Assembly (NCBI GenBank): GCA_963712825.1
Contig: CAVQJP010000022.1
Span: 927 to 64,926, forward strand
DNA length: 64,000 nucleotides
Direction: 5' to 3'
Origin: an uncultured Alphaproteobacteria bacterium
GTDB taxonomy: Bacteria > Pseudomonadota > Alphaproteobacteria > ATCC43930 > CGMCC-115725
Notes under the pieces: model-generated
Databases searched by the model: none
What the model was told of the DNA's origin: nothing
The model's input: only the letters and a program-made list of their open reading frames with translations
Shown here: positions 1 to 9,075 of the stretch, one piece after another
How positions within the stretch are numbered: the first letter of the stretch is position 1
Layout of the letters: the number at the start of each line of letters is the position of its first letter
Translations under genes and position numbers: made by a program

Positions 1-187
1 ACCGCAGGCTAGGCAGCAAAATATTGAGGAAGGCTTAACCGGCGGCTGACCCGGAAGGGCCCGCACCGGACCCCTCGCGCTTCCTTCTCCCGACCATTGG
101 GGCGGAGAGGGTTGAGAAGTGTCGGCGAGGCGCCGGCGAGCCCTGCCCGCAGCTGAGTGAGGGGGTTCGGCTCGCTGGGAAACCGCC

Positions 188-988
188 TCAGCCGGGCGTG
201 TGCGACACCAGAAACGGCAGCACCGCGTTGTTGAACTCGCGGGCGCGGACGTGGACCAGAAAATGGCCGCCGCGCGGGAACAGCTTGACCTCGGCTCCCG
301 GGATCAGGCGGGCCAGCTCCTCGGCGTAGTAGGACGGGGTCACGATGTCGTCCTCGGCCCCGATCACCAGGGTCGGCGTCTTGATGCGCGCGAGCTCGCT
401 GGTGCGGTCGAAGGCCAGCATCGCGTCGATGCGGTTGACGACTACCTCGGTCGGGGCGAAGGTCGCAAGATGCTGCGCCTCGATTTGCCGCAACTTTTCG
501 TTGTTGCGAGCGACCCACCAGCTCGGATACCACACCAGGGTTGCCGATTGCAGGTAGATGCTGGCGCCGAGCCGTTCGAGGATCTCCTTGCGCAGCGCGT
601 AGAGCCGCCGGAAATAGGCGTCGGCCTTGGTCCAGGTCGCCGACAGCACGACGCTGGCGAGCCGGTTCGGGTGCTCGATCGCCAGCACCTGGGCAACCGC
701 ACCCCCGGTCGAATGGCCGACGACGTGCGCGCGGGGGATTTCGAGCGCGTCCATCAGGGCCACGGCGTCCACCGCCATGCGTTCGACGGTGTAGCCGAGA
801 CGAGACGGGTCGCTTTGGCCGATCCCGCGATGGTCGAAGGTCACGACTTCAAACCGCTTGGCAAAGGCGCCGGCCTGCTCCTGCCAAAACGACGCATAAC
901 CGCCCAGCCCGGTTATGAACAGGACGGGGAAACCCATGCCTTGGCGCTCGTAATAGAGCGAGCACTCACCGATCGAGATGCGCGGCAT
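188..988 (-). CDS. alpha/beta-fold hydrolase (enol-lactonase/RutD-like)
   Basis: 266-aa ORF. It has a 'PVLFITGLGG' oxyanion region, a 'GHSTGG' GxSxG nucleophile elbow and a C-terminal 'GGHF' His region. Confidence 0.8.
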   Translation of the reverse strand: MPRISIGECSLYYERQGMGFPVLFITGLGGYASFWQEQAGAFAKRFEVVTFDHRGIGQSDPSRLGYTVERMAVDAVALMDALEIPRAHVVGHSTGGAVAQVLAIEHPNRLASVVLSATWTKADAYFRRLYALRKEILERLGASIYLQSATLVWYPSWWVARNNEKLRQIEAQHLATFAPTEVVVNRIDAMLAFDRTSELARIKTPTLVIGAEDDIVTPSYYAEELARLIPGAEVKLFPRGGHFLVHVRAREFNNAVLPFLVSHTPG

Positions 989-1261
989 CGATCCCAGGTT
1001 CGAAGCGGATACGCGTCGGTATCATCGGCGCAGGCCGGCTGTCAACGCGCTGGGCAATGCGCATAACGCAAGTGTGCAGGGCGCGGTGCACTGCGGTAGC
1101 GGCGAGGCTGCCTAAATATTGACACATCGCCGGACTTCGATGCGCCGACACCATGCGGTTGAGCATGGTGGACCGGAGCTAGCGCGCTCTTTCCGGGCAA
1201 AGAGCGGGAGCACAGGAAATCAGGGGCTGCCTCGCGCGGCACGGGCTTCACGACTGATCGA

Positions 1262-1747
1262 GTGAGCGAGATGAAGGACCAGCAAGAGATCATCAAGATG
1301 CGCGCGATCGACGGTTTCGCCTCGGGTACGGCAGCCGTGTCCGGCGCCGAGCCGCCTCCCCTGGCGCTATCTTCGGCGCGCCGCTCCACCACCCGTACCC
1401 AGGACATCGACCGCCATGTCGGCGCCCGCGTCCGCGAGCGGCGGATAATGCTGGGGCTGACCCAGCAGCAGCTCGCGGACCTGATCGGCGTCACTTACCA
1501 GCAGGCGCACAAATACGAGCGCGCGATCAACCGGATCTCCGCCGGCCGGCTGTTCGAGATTGCCCAGGTCCTGGGCGTTCCGGTCAGCTACTTCTTTGCC
1601 GGCCTCGAGCAGGATCACGACCGGTCGGTGACCCCGCGTGAGCGGATGTGTCTCGAATTAGCGCGCAACTTCGCGCAAATCCCCAACGAGCGGCACCAGG
1701 AGGCGTTGAGCCAGCTGGCGCGCGTGCTCGCTGCGGATCAAGTCTAG
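1262..1747 (+). CDS. XRE-family helix-turn-helix transcriptional regulator
   Basis: 161-aa ORF. 'LGLTQQQLADLIGVTYQQAHKYERAINRISAGRLFEIAQVLGVPVSYFF' is a canonical Cro/C1-type HTH segment. Confidence 0.8.
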   Translation: MSEMKDQQEIIKMRAIDGFASGTAAVSGAEPPPLALSSARRSTTRTQDIDRHVGARVRERRIMLGLTQQQLADLIGVTYQQAHKYERAINRISAGRLFEIAQVLGVPVSYFFAGLEQDHDRSVTPRERMCLELARNFAQIPNERHQEALSQLARVLAADQV

Positions 1748-1772
1748 ATCAAGTCTAGACAGCGCCGCCGGA

Positions 1773-1949
1773 TCAGATCGGCGGACGCCGCCGGCCGACG
1801 AGGCCGGTGACCAGCGCCACCACGAAGATGACGAGGAAGACAAAGAACAGGATCTTGGCGATGCCGGCCGCCGCGACAGCGACGCCGCCAAAGCCAAAAA
1901 ACGCGGCTATGATCGCGACGATCAGAAAGACCAGCGCCCAGTAGAGCAT
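1773..1949 (-). CDS. UPF0391/DUF1328 small membrane protein
   Basis: Internal Met of ORF 1773..2099. '[47 protein letters not shown]' is the typical DUF1328 sequence. A GGAGGA RBS lies just upstream of the ATG at 1949. Confidence 0.8.
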   Translation of the reverse strand: MLYWALVFLIVAIIAAFFGFGGVAVAAAGIAKILFFVFLVIFVVALVTGLVGRRRPPI

Positions 1950-2058
1950 AGTTTCCTCCGTTGCAGCCCAGCCGAAGCGCACGTGTGGTTGTCCGGGCGC
2001 GGTGGCTATCGCTGGTAACAGGATCACGCGCGCAACGGTTCCCGTGCGCTCTATCGGT

Positions 2059-2952
2059 CTATGCCATTGGTTGCACCAGCAGCAGCGGCGTTTCGGCAAT
2101 GCCGAACGCGATCGGCATGCGAGCAGTGATTTCGCCGTCGATCTCGACCGGAAAGGTCGCGTCCGATTCGGTTGCGGTGGCGGCTATGGCCACGCTCGGC
2201 GCCGCGAAGATCGAGACTTCCGGCAGGCGATGCAGCCCCCCCAGCGCCAACGCCGCGAGAGCGCGCACCGCGGCAAGGCGGCCGGCGACGCCGGAACAGC
2301 ACGACGTGCAGCATCGGGTCGGCGAGGCTCGCCGCCGGCGCGATCACGAAATTTCCGGCGTAGCGCCGGCCCTTGACGACGACAACCGACGCGGCGCGGT
2401 GCTCGGCGCCGACGGCGCCGACGACAAACTGGCGGCGGCGATAGCGAGCAGGCACACGCCCAGCGCCCAGATAAAAGCGAGCTTGCCGAGGTGGCGCTTC
2501 AGGCCTGCACCGAGCGCGCCCAGCACCTCGGCGTCAAAGCCGATGCCGGCTACCGCGAGGAACAGCCGGTCGCCGGCGACACCAGGCCAGATCGGGACCG
2601 GCCGGCCCCTCGGCGATCACCCGGGCCAGGGCCTCGGGGGCACGCGGCATGCCGATCTCGTTGGCGAGCACGTTGCCGGTGCCGAGCGGTAGCACCGCGA
2701 GCAGCCGCGACTCGGGTGCAAGCCGTTGGCGACCTCGTTGACGGTGCCGTCGCCGCCGGCTGCAACGATCACGTCGAACGCAGGATCGGCGGTGCGCGCC
2801 AGCCGCTCGGCGTCGCCGGGACCGTTTGTCGTGCACAGCGCGACCTCGCAGCCGTGCCGGCGCAACGCCGCGACGACGCGGTTCAAGCGCGTCTCGCGGC
2901 GGCTCTTTCGGCCCGCCGCCGGGTTGGCGATGATTAGGATTTGGCGCCGCAT
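2059..2952 (-). pseudogene. diacylglycerol/lipid kinase (YegS/LCB5-like), multiply frameshifted
   Basis: Family-like sequence is spread over 5 minus-strand frames. 'MRRQILIIANPAAGRK..VIVAAGGDGTVNEVANGL' is in ORF 2617-2952. 'LLAVLPLGTGNVLANEIGMPR' is in ORF 2534-2836. 'GALGAGLKRHLGKLAF' is in ORF 2344-2526. 'YAGNFVIAPAASLADPMLHVVLF' is in ORF 2051-2455. '[29 protein letters not shown]' is in ORF 2059-2268. Confidence 0.7.
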
Positions 2953-2980
2953 TTTTCCGATTGTTAAAGCGGCGCGCGCC

Positions 2981-4153
2981 TCATTGCGGGCCGGCGCGCA
3001 TCGAGGCGGGGTGGCCCGGCAGCTTGAAACGCTGCCCGGTGTCGGTGACGTTGGTGCCGTCGACCTTCAGCACCGAGAGGTCGCCGTCGAGGAAATTCCC
3101 AACATAAATATAGCTGCCGTCGGCGCTGAAGGCGACGGCTTCCGGCAACGCGCCGACCGTGACCGAACCGGCCTTGGTCACGTTGTCGCCATCGATCGCG
3201 AGGACCGCGACGGTGCCGCCGGCGTGATGATAAAAGACGCTTTTCGGGGTGTTCGACCCTTCTGCCTGGACCGAGACCGCGAGGTTGCCCTTTGGGCTGA
3301 TCGCCAGCCCCTCCGGCGAGTTGCCGACCGTGACATGGCCGACGACCCGCGGCGGGCTCGCGGCGAGGTCGATCACCCCGACCGTGTCGACATTGCCGTC
3401 AGAGCTGCCGCCGCCGCCATTGTCGGCGGTCAGCGCCAGCTTGCCGTCGGGTGCGATCGCGACATTGTAAGGGAAAATCCCGGTCGGCAGGTCGCGCTTG
3501 TCGTAGGTCACCTTGTCGCCGTCGATCGACAGCAGCGCGACCTTGTTGGCGCCGGGCTTGGTGGCGAGCGCATGCCGGCCGTCCGGCGTGATCGCGACAG
3601 CGGAAACCTGGTCCGCGGCGGCCCCGATCGGCACGGTGCCGACAGCGAGGACATCCTTGCCTTTGATCGCCAGGACCGAAATCGTGCCGTCGCCGCGATT
3701 GGCGACGAGTGCTATGTCGCCCTTCGGGCCGATCGCGAGGCCGGAAGGCTGCTTGCCGACGGCGACCGTGCCGATCACCTTGGGCGGGCTGGCCTTCAGA
3801 TCGACGACGAACACCTTGTCGTCGGGTTCCAGGCGCCGGCCCCAGCCCTGGATCACCGGGGCCAGCGAATTGGCGACAAGCGCAATGTCGCCGGACGGGA
3901 CGATCGCGAGATTGGTCGGCGGGCCGACGACCGAGTTCATCAACGGGATCGTCGCGGTGATCCGCGGCGCACCGGGCTGGGAGATGTCGAGAACCGACAG
4001 GGTGTCGTGACCGGGTTCGCGCAGGATCGGCTTGAAATTCTGGTCAACCCCCTGCTTTTCGTCGTTGCCGACGATCAAGGTTTGGCCAAAGACCGGCCCG
4101 GCGACGCAACCGAGCAGTCCCGCCGCCAGCACGGCGCATCTGAACGACTTCAA
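2981..4153 (-). CDS. secreted beta-propeller repeat protein (YVTN/lactonase-type)
   Basis: 390-aa ORF with signal peptide 'MKSFRCAVLAAGLLGCVAGPVFG'. It has reiterated ~40-aa units ('G..P.GLAI.P.G..ALVAN...G..SV') typical of 7-bladed YncE/YVTN propellers. Confidence 0.75.
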   Translation of the reverse strand: MKSFRCAVLAAGLLGCVAGPVFGQTLIVGNDEKQGVDQNFKPILREPGHDTLSVLDISQPGAPRITATIPLMNSVVGPPTNLAIVPSGDIALVANSLAPVIQGWGRRLEPDDKVFVVDLKASPPKVIGTVAVGKQPSGLAIGPKGDIALVANRGDGTISVLAIKGKDVLAVGTVPIGAAADQVSAVAITPDGRHALATKPGANKVALLSIDGDKVTYDKRDLPTGIFPYNVAIAPDGKLALTADNGGGGSSDGNVDTVGVIDLAASPPRVVGHVTVGNSPEGLAISPKGNLAVSVQAEGSNTPKSVFYHHAGGTVAVLAIDGDNVTKAGSVTVGALPEAVAFSADGSYIYVGNFLDGDLSVLKVDGTNVTDTGQRFKLPGHPASMRAGPQ

Positions 4154-4242
4154 AGCATCCTCCTCCCATTATCTGGATTTGCGCCAGGCATCGTCCTGCA
4201 CGCGCGTTTGCGCGCGGCTCGGCAATCGGCCATGATAGCAGC

Positions 4243-4563
4243 ATGACCGCCGCTGCGATCCTAAAGCTTCAGAGGGCGGGTTTCACCGAGCAGCAGGTCG
4301 AAGCCCTCGCCGAATTTTCCGAGGCGGGGAGCGCGACCAAAACCGACACCTTCCGTCTCGAAGCGGCGATCTCCCAAATCGACAACAAGATCGATCGCAC
4401 GCGCACGGAGCTGGAGTTGGCGATCGAAAAGTTGCGGCACGATCTCGAGCTGAAGATCGCGGAGGGGAAGGCGGAGACCATTCGCTGGGTCGTCGGCGTG
4501 GGCTTTGCTCAAGTCGCGATGATCCTCGCCGTGTTGAGGCTGTTCCCCGGCATCCATCCCTGA
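4243..4563 (+). CDS. coiled-coil protein with C-terminal membrane anchor (DUF1640-like)
   Basis: 106-aa ORF with a heptad-like 'LEAAISQIDNKIDRTRTELELAIEKLRHDLELKIAEGKAE' followed by the hydrophobic tail 'WVVGVGFAQVAMILAVLRLF'. Confidence 0.6.
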   Translation: MTAAAILKLQRAGFTEQQVEALAEFSEAGSATKTDTFRLEAAISQIDNKIDRTRTELELAIEKLRHDLELKIAEGKAETIRWVVGVGFAQVAMILAVLRLFPGIHP

Positions 4564-4581
4564 CCCGGGTGCTCGGCGGCG

Positions 4582-6507
4582 TCAGAACCGGACGCATTCC
4601 CGCGCGGATTTGACATAAGCCTCGGCGTCCGCAGGCAGCAGCAGACGGCCGGCGACCAACGCGCCGGCGGCGGCCTTTATCCTCGCCACGTATTCGTCGC
4701 GGCCGGCATAGCGCTCGGCGAGCGCCGGGCGCGGGTCGCCGGCGGCTTCGCGCTCGCGCCTGGTGCGGGCGAACGGGATCAGCGAGCCGTCGCGGTCGCA
4801 CAGCTCGCAGGGTTGCGCGCGGTAGACGTTCCAGCCGGTATAGGTGCCGAGCGGCACCGCGATCGGCGGCAGGCGAATCCCCGCCACCTCGTTGCCGTCG
4901 GCATCGACGGCGCAGACGCGGGTGCCGTAGAAATTGTCGAGCCGCGCCGGCGGGTCGACCCAGTCGACCGGTGCCGAAATGCGGTTGGCGCCGGGAGCGA
5001 GCGCGAAGCCCGGCACCGACGGCATCTTCACGGTCTCGGCGGCGACCGCTGTACCGTTCGCGATCGAGGGGACGCGGCTTGGCGGCGGTGCCGTTCCGCT
5101 CGCGACCCATTCCTCGAGCGCGGCAAACAGCGCGCGCAATGCGGGGGTGGCGCTGTTCGGGTTGCGCGGGTTGACGCACGGGCCGGGGCTCGGGTCGGTT
5201 CCCGGACGGCCGCCATGCTGGGTCCCGGCGATCAGGTAGGCGCGGGAATTGGCCGGCAATTCGGCGTCGTTGCGGCCGGTCGGATCGGTGTGGATCAGCG
5301 AGGCGCCCTTTTGCCAGTACTCGGTCGCGGTGTTGGTTTCGATGACCAGCGGGTCGGTCGGCCGGCCTTTCAGGATCGCATCGCGGCGGCCGGAAAACAG
5401 ATCGGTCGTCACCGCGCTGCTGAACGGAAACCAGTTTTCGGGATAAAGCCGGTCTTCGTGCTGGGTCGCGGTGCGGCCCGGCATCGCAAAGCCGTGATTG
5501 GCGAAGACCTTGCCGGCGCCGGCGACATGGCTCATCACACCGTCGAAGACCGGACGGCCATGCCCGTCGTCGTTCATCCCGAGCTCGAGGAAATGGCGCA
5601 GAAAGCGGCCGGCCTGCGACACCCCAAAAGCGAGCGCATGCGCGACGCCCGCGGCATCGGCGGGAGCGCCTGGCGCGATCATCGGATTGGGCGTCCCGTC
5701 GCGGTCGGCTTTTTGATAGCGCAGAAAAGAGACAAGATCGCGGGTCGCGGCAAAGCCGACGCCGCTTACAATCGATCCGGTCGCCTCGTACCAAATCTCG
5801 TAGATGTCGTAGGGGTCGAACCAGCGGCCGGCCGGCAGCAGGCGGATCGTGCGCTCGTCGACAAATTCCCACGCCCCCGCCGGGATATCGGTGCGGGCGT
5901 CGCTTTCGCGCTGCCGCACCGTCAGCCGCGCATTTCGCGGGTCGGTCGACACCGCGGGATAGCCCAGCCGCACGATCTCGCCATTGCCTGCGGCGCGGGT
6001 GCCGATATGGAATTCGTCGCGGATGCGCCGGATCATCGGCTTGCCGTTTTCGACAGCCGCCGGCAGCCGCGCCGTCATGCCGTTGTTGGCGCGCGGCGCC
6101 CCCGAATCCCAGCCCGACCAGACCAGGCTGTAGCCGCGCCGAAGGGTGAAGGCGAGCCCGACATCTTGCATCGATTTCGGGTCGTTGGTGTCGGCGCCGC
6201 TGCCGGCGTCGTCGAGCAGGTTAAAGATCATCTTGCGGCCGCGATTGGTCACGTCATAGACGAGCGCGCCGCTGCCGCGGCGCGGGTCCGCAGGGCGCAA
6301 CACAAAAAAATCGGCCTCGTATTCGACCATGCCGCGCGCATTGCGCTCGGCCTTGTCGAGATCGACGATTTCTTGGTTCTCGGGAGCGGCCGGGTCGAGC
6401 TCGCCCCGCGCGATGCCCTTAATGCGGACATAAGCGCCGGCGTTGCCGAACTCGCGGCCTTCGGCAAAGCGCTCGATGGCGCTGACGCTAAGCTTGGTGA
6501 CGGCCAT
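4582..6507 (-). CDS. large conserved alpha/beta-hydrolase-domain protein, function unknown
   Basis: Internal Met (MAVTKLSVSAIERF...) of ORF 4582..6726, preceded by a GGAGGAC RBS. 641 aa with a 'GVSQAG' GxSxG-type motif. It overlaps the upstream DUF924 stop by 20 nt. Confidence 0.7.
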   Translation of the reverse strand: MAVTKLSVSAIERFAEGREFGNAGAYVRIKGIARGELDPAAPENQEIVDLDKAERNARGMVEYEADFFVLRPADPRRGSGALVYDVTNRGRKMIFNLLDDAGSGADTNDPKSMQDVGLAFTLRRGYSLVWSGWDSGAPRANNGMTARLPAAVENGKPMIRRIRDEFHIGTRAAGNGEIVRLGYPAVSTDPRNARLTVRQRESDARTDIPAGAWEFVDERTIRLLPAGRWFDPYDIYEIWYEATGSIVSGVGFAATRDLVSFLRYQKADRDGTPNPMIAPGAPADAAGVAHALAFGVSQAGRFLRHFLELGMNDDGHGRPVFDGVMSHVAGAGKVFANHGFAMPGRTATQHEDRLYPENWFPFSSAVTTDLFSGRRDAILKGRPTDPLVIETNTATEYWQKGASLIHTDPTGRNDAELPANSRAYLIAGTQHGGRPGTDPSPGPCVNPRNPNSATPALRALFAALEEWVASGTAPPPSRVPSIANGTAVAAETVKMPSVPGFALAPGANRISAPVDWVDPPARLDNFYGTRVCAVDADGNEVAGIRLPPIAVPLGTYTGWNVYRAQPCELCDRDGSLIPFARTRREREAAGDPRPALAERYAGRDEYVARIKAAAGALVAGRLLLPADAEAYVKSARECVRF

Positions 6508-7255
6508 GGTCGTCCTCCTGAACGTCTGGTCTCTCGGGCGAAGCGGCCGGAGCCGTCCTCGGAACTTGTCGGCCGGCGGGGTCGGAGGGTTGCCCGAAGC
6601 GGTGAACGCATTCTTCCAGAAAAGCGAGCTCTTCCGCCGTCGACGCCCGGCCGAGGATCGCGTTGCGGTGCGGAAAGCGGCCAAACCGCTCGATGATCTC
6701 GAGATGGAGCCGCGACATGCGCCCATCGCCTGGGCGGCCGGCCACCGGCGGCACGGCTTCGAGCAGCGCTATGCCGCGCTCTTGATCGTCGAGCCGCTCG
6801 CTGTGCTCGAACGGCAGGTAAAAGAACAGCCGCCATGCCGGCGGCACCGCCAGGTCGAAACCGCGGCTCAGCGCCCGGTTGGCCGCCGCCAGCGCCGGCG
6901 GATCGCTGGCAAACGCGCGCGGCGTGCTGCGAAAGATGTTGCGCGGCACCTGGTCGAGCAGCATGACCAGCGCCAGCGCGCTCAGGGCCGACCCTTCCCA
7001 AAGCGCCAGCGCGCCCGCGACCGCCTGCTGATGGTCGGCGGCAAAGGCTTGGCGCACGGCCCCGTCGAATTCCAGGGTGCTGCGAAACCAGATCTGGCGG
7101 TGGCAGAGGCGCTCCGGGTCGTCGCCCGCGCCGAACCAGAAGTCGAGAAGCGCCCGCGCCCGCTCCGGCAGGTCTGCCGCGGATGTCACCGCGCTTCGTC
7201 TGCAGGCATGCCGGCACTCGGCGCCGACGGTCCGGGCGGCTGGTACGCGGCGCAA
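6488..7255 (-). CDS. DUF924 family protein
   Basis: 'LLDFWFG', 'LALVMLLDQVPRNIFR', 'FFYLPFEHSE' and 'HLEIIERFGRFPHRNAILGRASTAEELAFL' match the DUF924 signature. The true start is uncertain; a GTG near 7189 is possible. Confidence 0.8.
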   Translation of the reverse strand: MRRVPAARTVGAECRHACRRSAVTSAADLPERARALLDFWFGAGDDPERLCHRQIWFRSTLEFDGAVRQAFAADHQQAVAGALALWEGSALSALALVMLLDQVPRNIFRSTPRAFASDPPALAAANRALSRGFDLAVPPAWRLFFYLPFEHSERLDDQERGIALLEAVPPVAGRPGDGRMSRLHLEIIERFGRFPHRNAILGRASTAEELAFLEECVHRFGQPSDPAGRQVPRTAPAASPERPDVQEDDHGRHQA

Positions 7256-7303
7256 TTGGCTAAACCCGGCGGGAATGCCAGCCGGCAGCGCGAGTCCAGA
7301 AAG

Positions 7304-8752
7304 CTAATCATCGGCATACGATTTTTCCTCGAGGATGTCGGACCCTGTCAATTCATTGATCTCGCGCTTGAGGGCGGCGCGCCGATCGTTGCAGCGATAG
7401 ACGCTGCGCGCCAGCTCCACAAACCGCCGGTCAAAACATTGGTCGCGCTCCGACCGCCGCAGATCGTCCTCGACATCCCACAATTCCCGATTGATCGCCG
7501 CCAATTCGCGGCACAGCATCTCCAATTCCGGAAGCGGGGCGACATCGCGCCGGCGCACCGCCGCCAGCCATTCGAGCTCGCGACGCACGTTGTCCTGCTT
7601 TTGCGGGTCGATGATCCGCTCGGCCTTGATCTCCAGGATGGTGATCTTGTCGAGAAGCTCGCCGACCGAGATCGGCGCCAGCAGCTGCCCCGGTCCTGCC
7701 GACGGCGGCGCGGCGGTTTGCGACGAGGCGGGGCCGACCGGCACCTGCCGCTCAAGCGCCGCGGCGACGATTTCGACCGGGATCGCGTCGACGCGATTGG
7801 AGCCGAAATCCTGCGCCTTGAGACAGATCAGCGCCCGCGAAAACGGCGCGTACTTCTCGGGGCGCGTCGGGCCGTAGAGCGAAACCATCGGGGCGCCGCC
7901 GGCCGCCAGCAGATGACCGGCGCCGGAGCAGTTCGCGACCGCCGCCGACAACCGCTCGGCGAGGGCCGCAACAAGGCTCGGGCCGCGCAGCGCGGGCGGT
8001 GTGGTTTCAGCCTCCTGCTCCTCGGGAAAAAGCGCCTCGGGCACCGCGTCGCGCAACTTCGCGCACCAGTCCAGCTCGGCCGGACCGACAAAGAACACCG
8101 GCACCCGGCCGCGCTCCACCTGCTGGCGGGCCAGGGCGACGAAGGATTCGAGCGGCCAGCATTTGCCGGTGTGCTTGACCCCGGCGCCGGGCGCCAACCC
8201 CACGTAAATCGGCCCGGGCGGCAGCAGTTGCGCCGCACGGGCGCGCAATGCCGGCGGCAGCGGGATCGGGTTCGGTACCGGGATTTCGTGCCCGGCCGCT
8301 GCCGCCGCCAGGCCCAAGAGCTTGTCGGTCAGGCGCGGCGGCCGGCGCGATAAGCCGCGCGGCGGGCGGGCGTTGGACAGGAAATACCGCCAGGTCCCGC
8401 TGATGAAGCGGCCATGCGGGATGCGCCGCAGGAACAAGGTGCGGCCGATATAGCGCTGGGTGTCGATGATCAGGTCAAAGCGGCGCTTGAGGATCGGATG
8501 CCGGGCGCGGAGTGCCGCGCGCGGTTCGACCGGGATGTCGAGGTCGGTGATGAATTCGGCAATCCGTCCGCCGACCAACGGCGCCAGCTCGCCCTGCAAG
8601 TAAAAATTCCCGCTCGTGCCCGGGACCCAGGCGATGTCAGCCGCCGGAAAGCCGGCGCGGAGCGCCAGCAGCATCGGCAGCTTGAGGACATTTTCGCCGA
8701 GCGCGTTGTCGGCGCCGCTGGTTACGTAAACGAGTATCGACCCGACTGGCAT
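7304..8752 (-). CDS. glycosyltransferase family 9 (heptosyltransferase-like) fused to a DUF6165-like C-terminal domain
   Basis: 482-aa ORF. Residues 1-340 have GT9 features ('FDLIIDTQ', 'YVGLAPGAG...KCWP', 'VANCSGAGHLLAAGGAPMVSLYGPT'). The last ~125 aa ('ISVGELLDKITILEIKAERI...ELWDVEDDLR...ARSVYRCNDRRAALKREIN') resemble the normally free-standing DUF6165 proteins. Confidence 0.7.
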   Translation of the reverse strand: MPVGSILVYVTSGADNALGENVLKLPMLLALRAGFPAADIAWVPGTSGNFYLQGELAPLVGGRIAEFITDLDIPVEPRAALRARHPILKRRFDLIIDTQRYIGRTLFLRRIPHGRFISGTWRYFLSNARPPRGLSRRPPRLTDKLLGLAAAAAGHEIPVPNPIPLPPALRARAAQLLPPGPIYVGLAPGAGVKHTGKCWPLESFVALARQQVERGRVPVFFVGPAELDWCAKLRDAVPEALFPEEQEAETTPPALRGPSLVAALAERLSAAVANCSGAGHLLAAGGAPMVSLYGPTRPEKYAPFSRALICLKAQDFGSNRVDAIPVEIVAAALERQVPVGPASSQTAAPPSAGPGQLLAPISVGELLDKITILEIKAERIIDPQKQDNVRRELEWLAAVRRRDVAPLPELEMLCRELAAINRELWDVEDDLRRSERDQCFDRRFVELARSVYRCNDRRAALKREINELTGSDILEEKSYADD

Positions 8753-9075
8753 TCATGATCCCCCCGTTCGCGATAGCCGGACGATGCCGTCCGCCCGATC
8801 TGGGCCGGTGTCGACCGCTGTTTACCGTCAAATCGACGCATCGTCGAGAATGCGGGGGTGGCGGCGGGTTTTGGCGCCGCCCATTCTGTCGTCAAGCTCG
8901 GTCCGCGCTGCCCGGTCGCGCTCCTGCCGCTCCCGGTAACATGGGGCGCGCAGTTGGCATGCGCCCTGCCGCCCAGCTATCGAGAATTTCCGCTGCGGGC
9001 CGCGCGGAAAGGCGGCGATAGTCGAATTGGTTGGGGAAGGGACCCCGCCGGCAACCAATCGGAGGAGCAAGCCTG

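Noticed and set aside
4283-6696. Long ORFs 4283-5872 (-) and 4813-6696 (+) overlapping the 641-aa hydrolase gene.
   Set aside because: Their Arg/Ala/Pro/Gly-dominated composition is typical of off-frame and antisense ORFs in high-GC DNA. They have no motifs, and the in-frame gene has coherent composition and an RBS.
8755-9075. A possible riboswitch or leader upstream of the FAD dehydrogenase gene.
   Set aside because: I could recognise no conserved riboswitch core sequence. There are only generic GC-rich hairpins.
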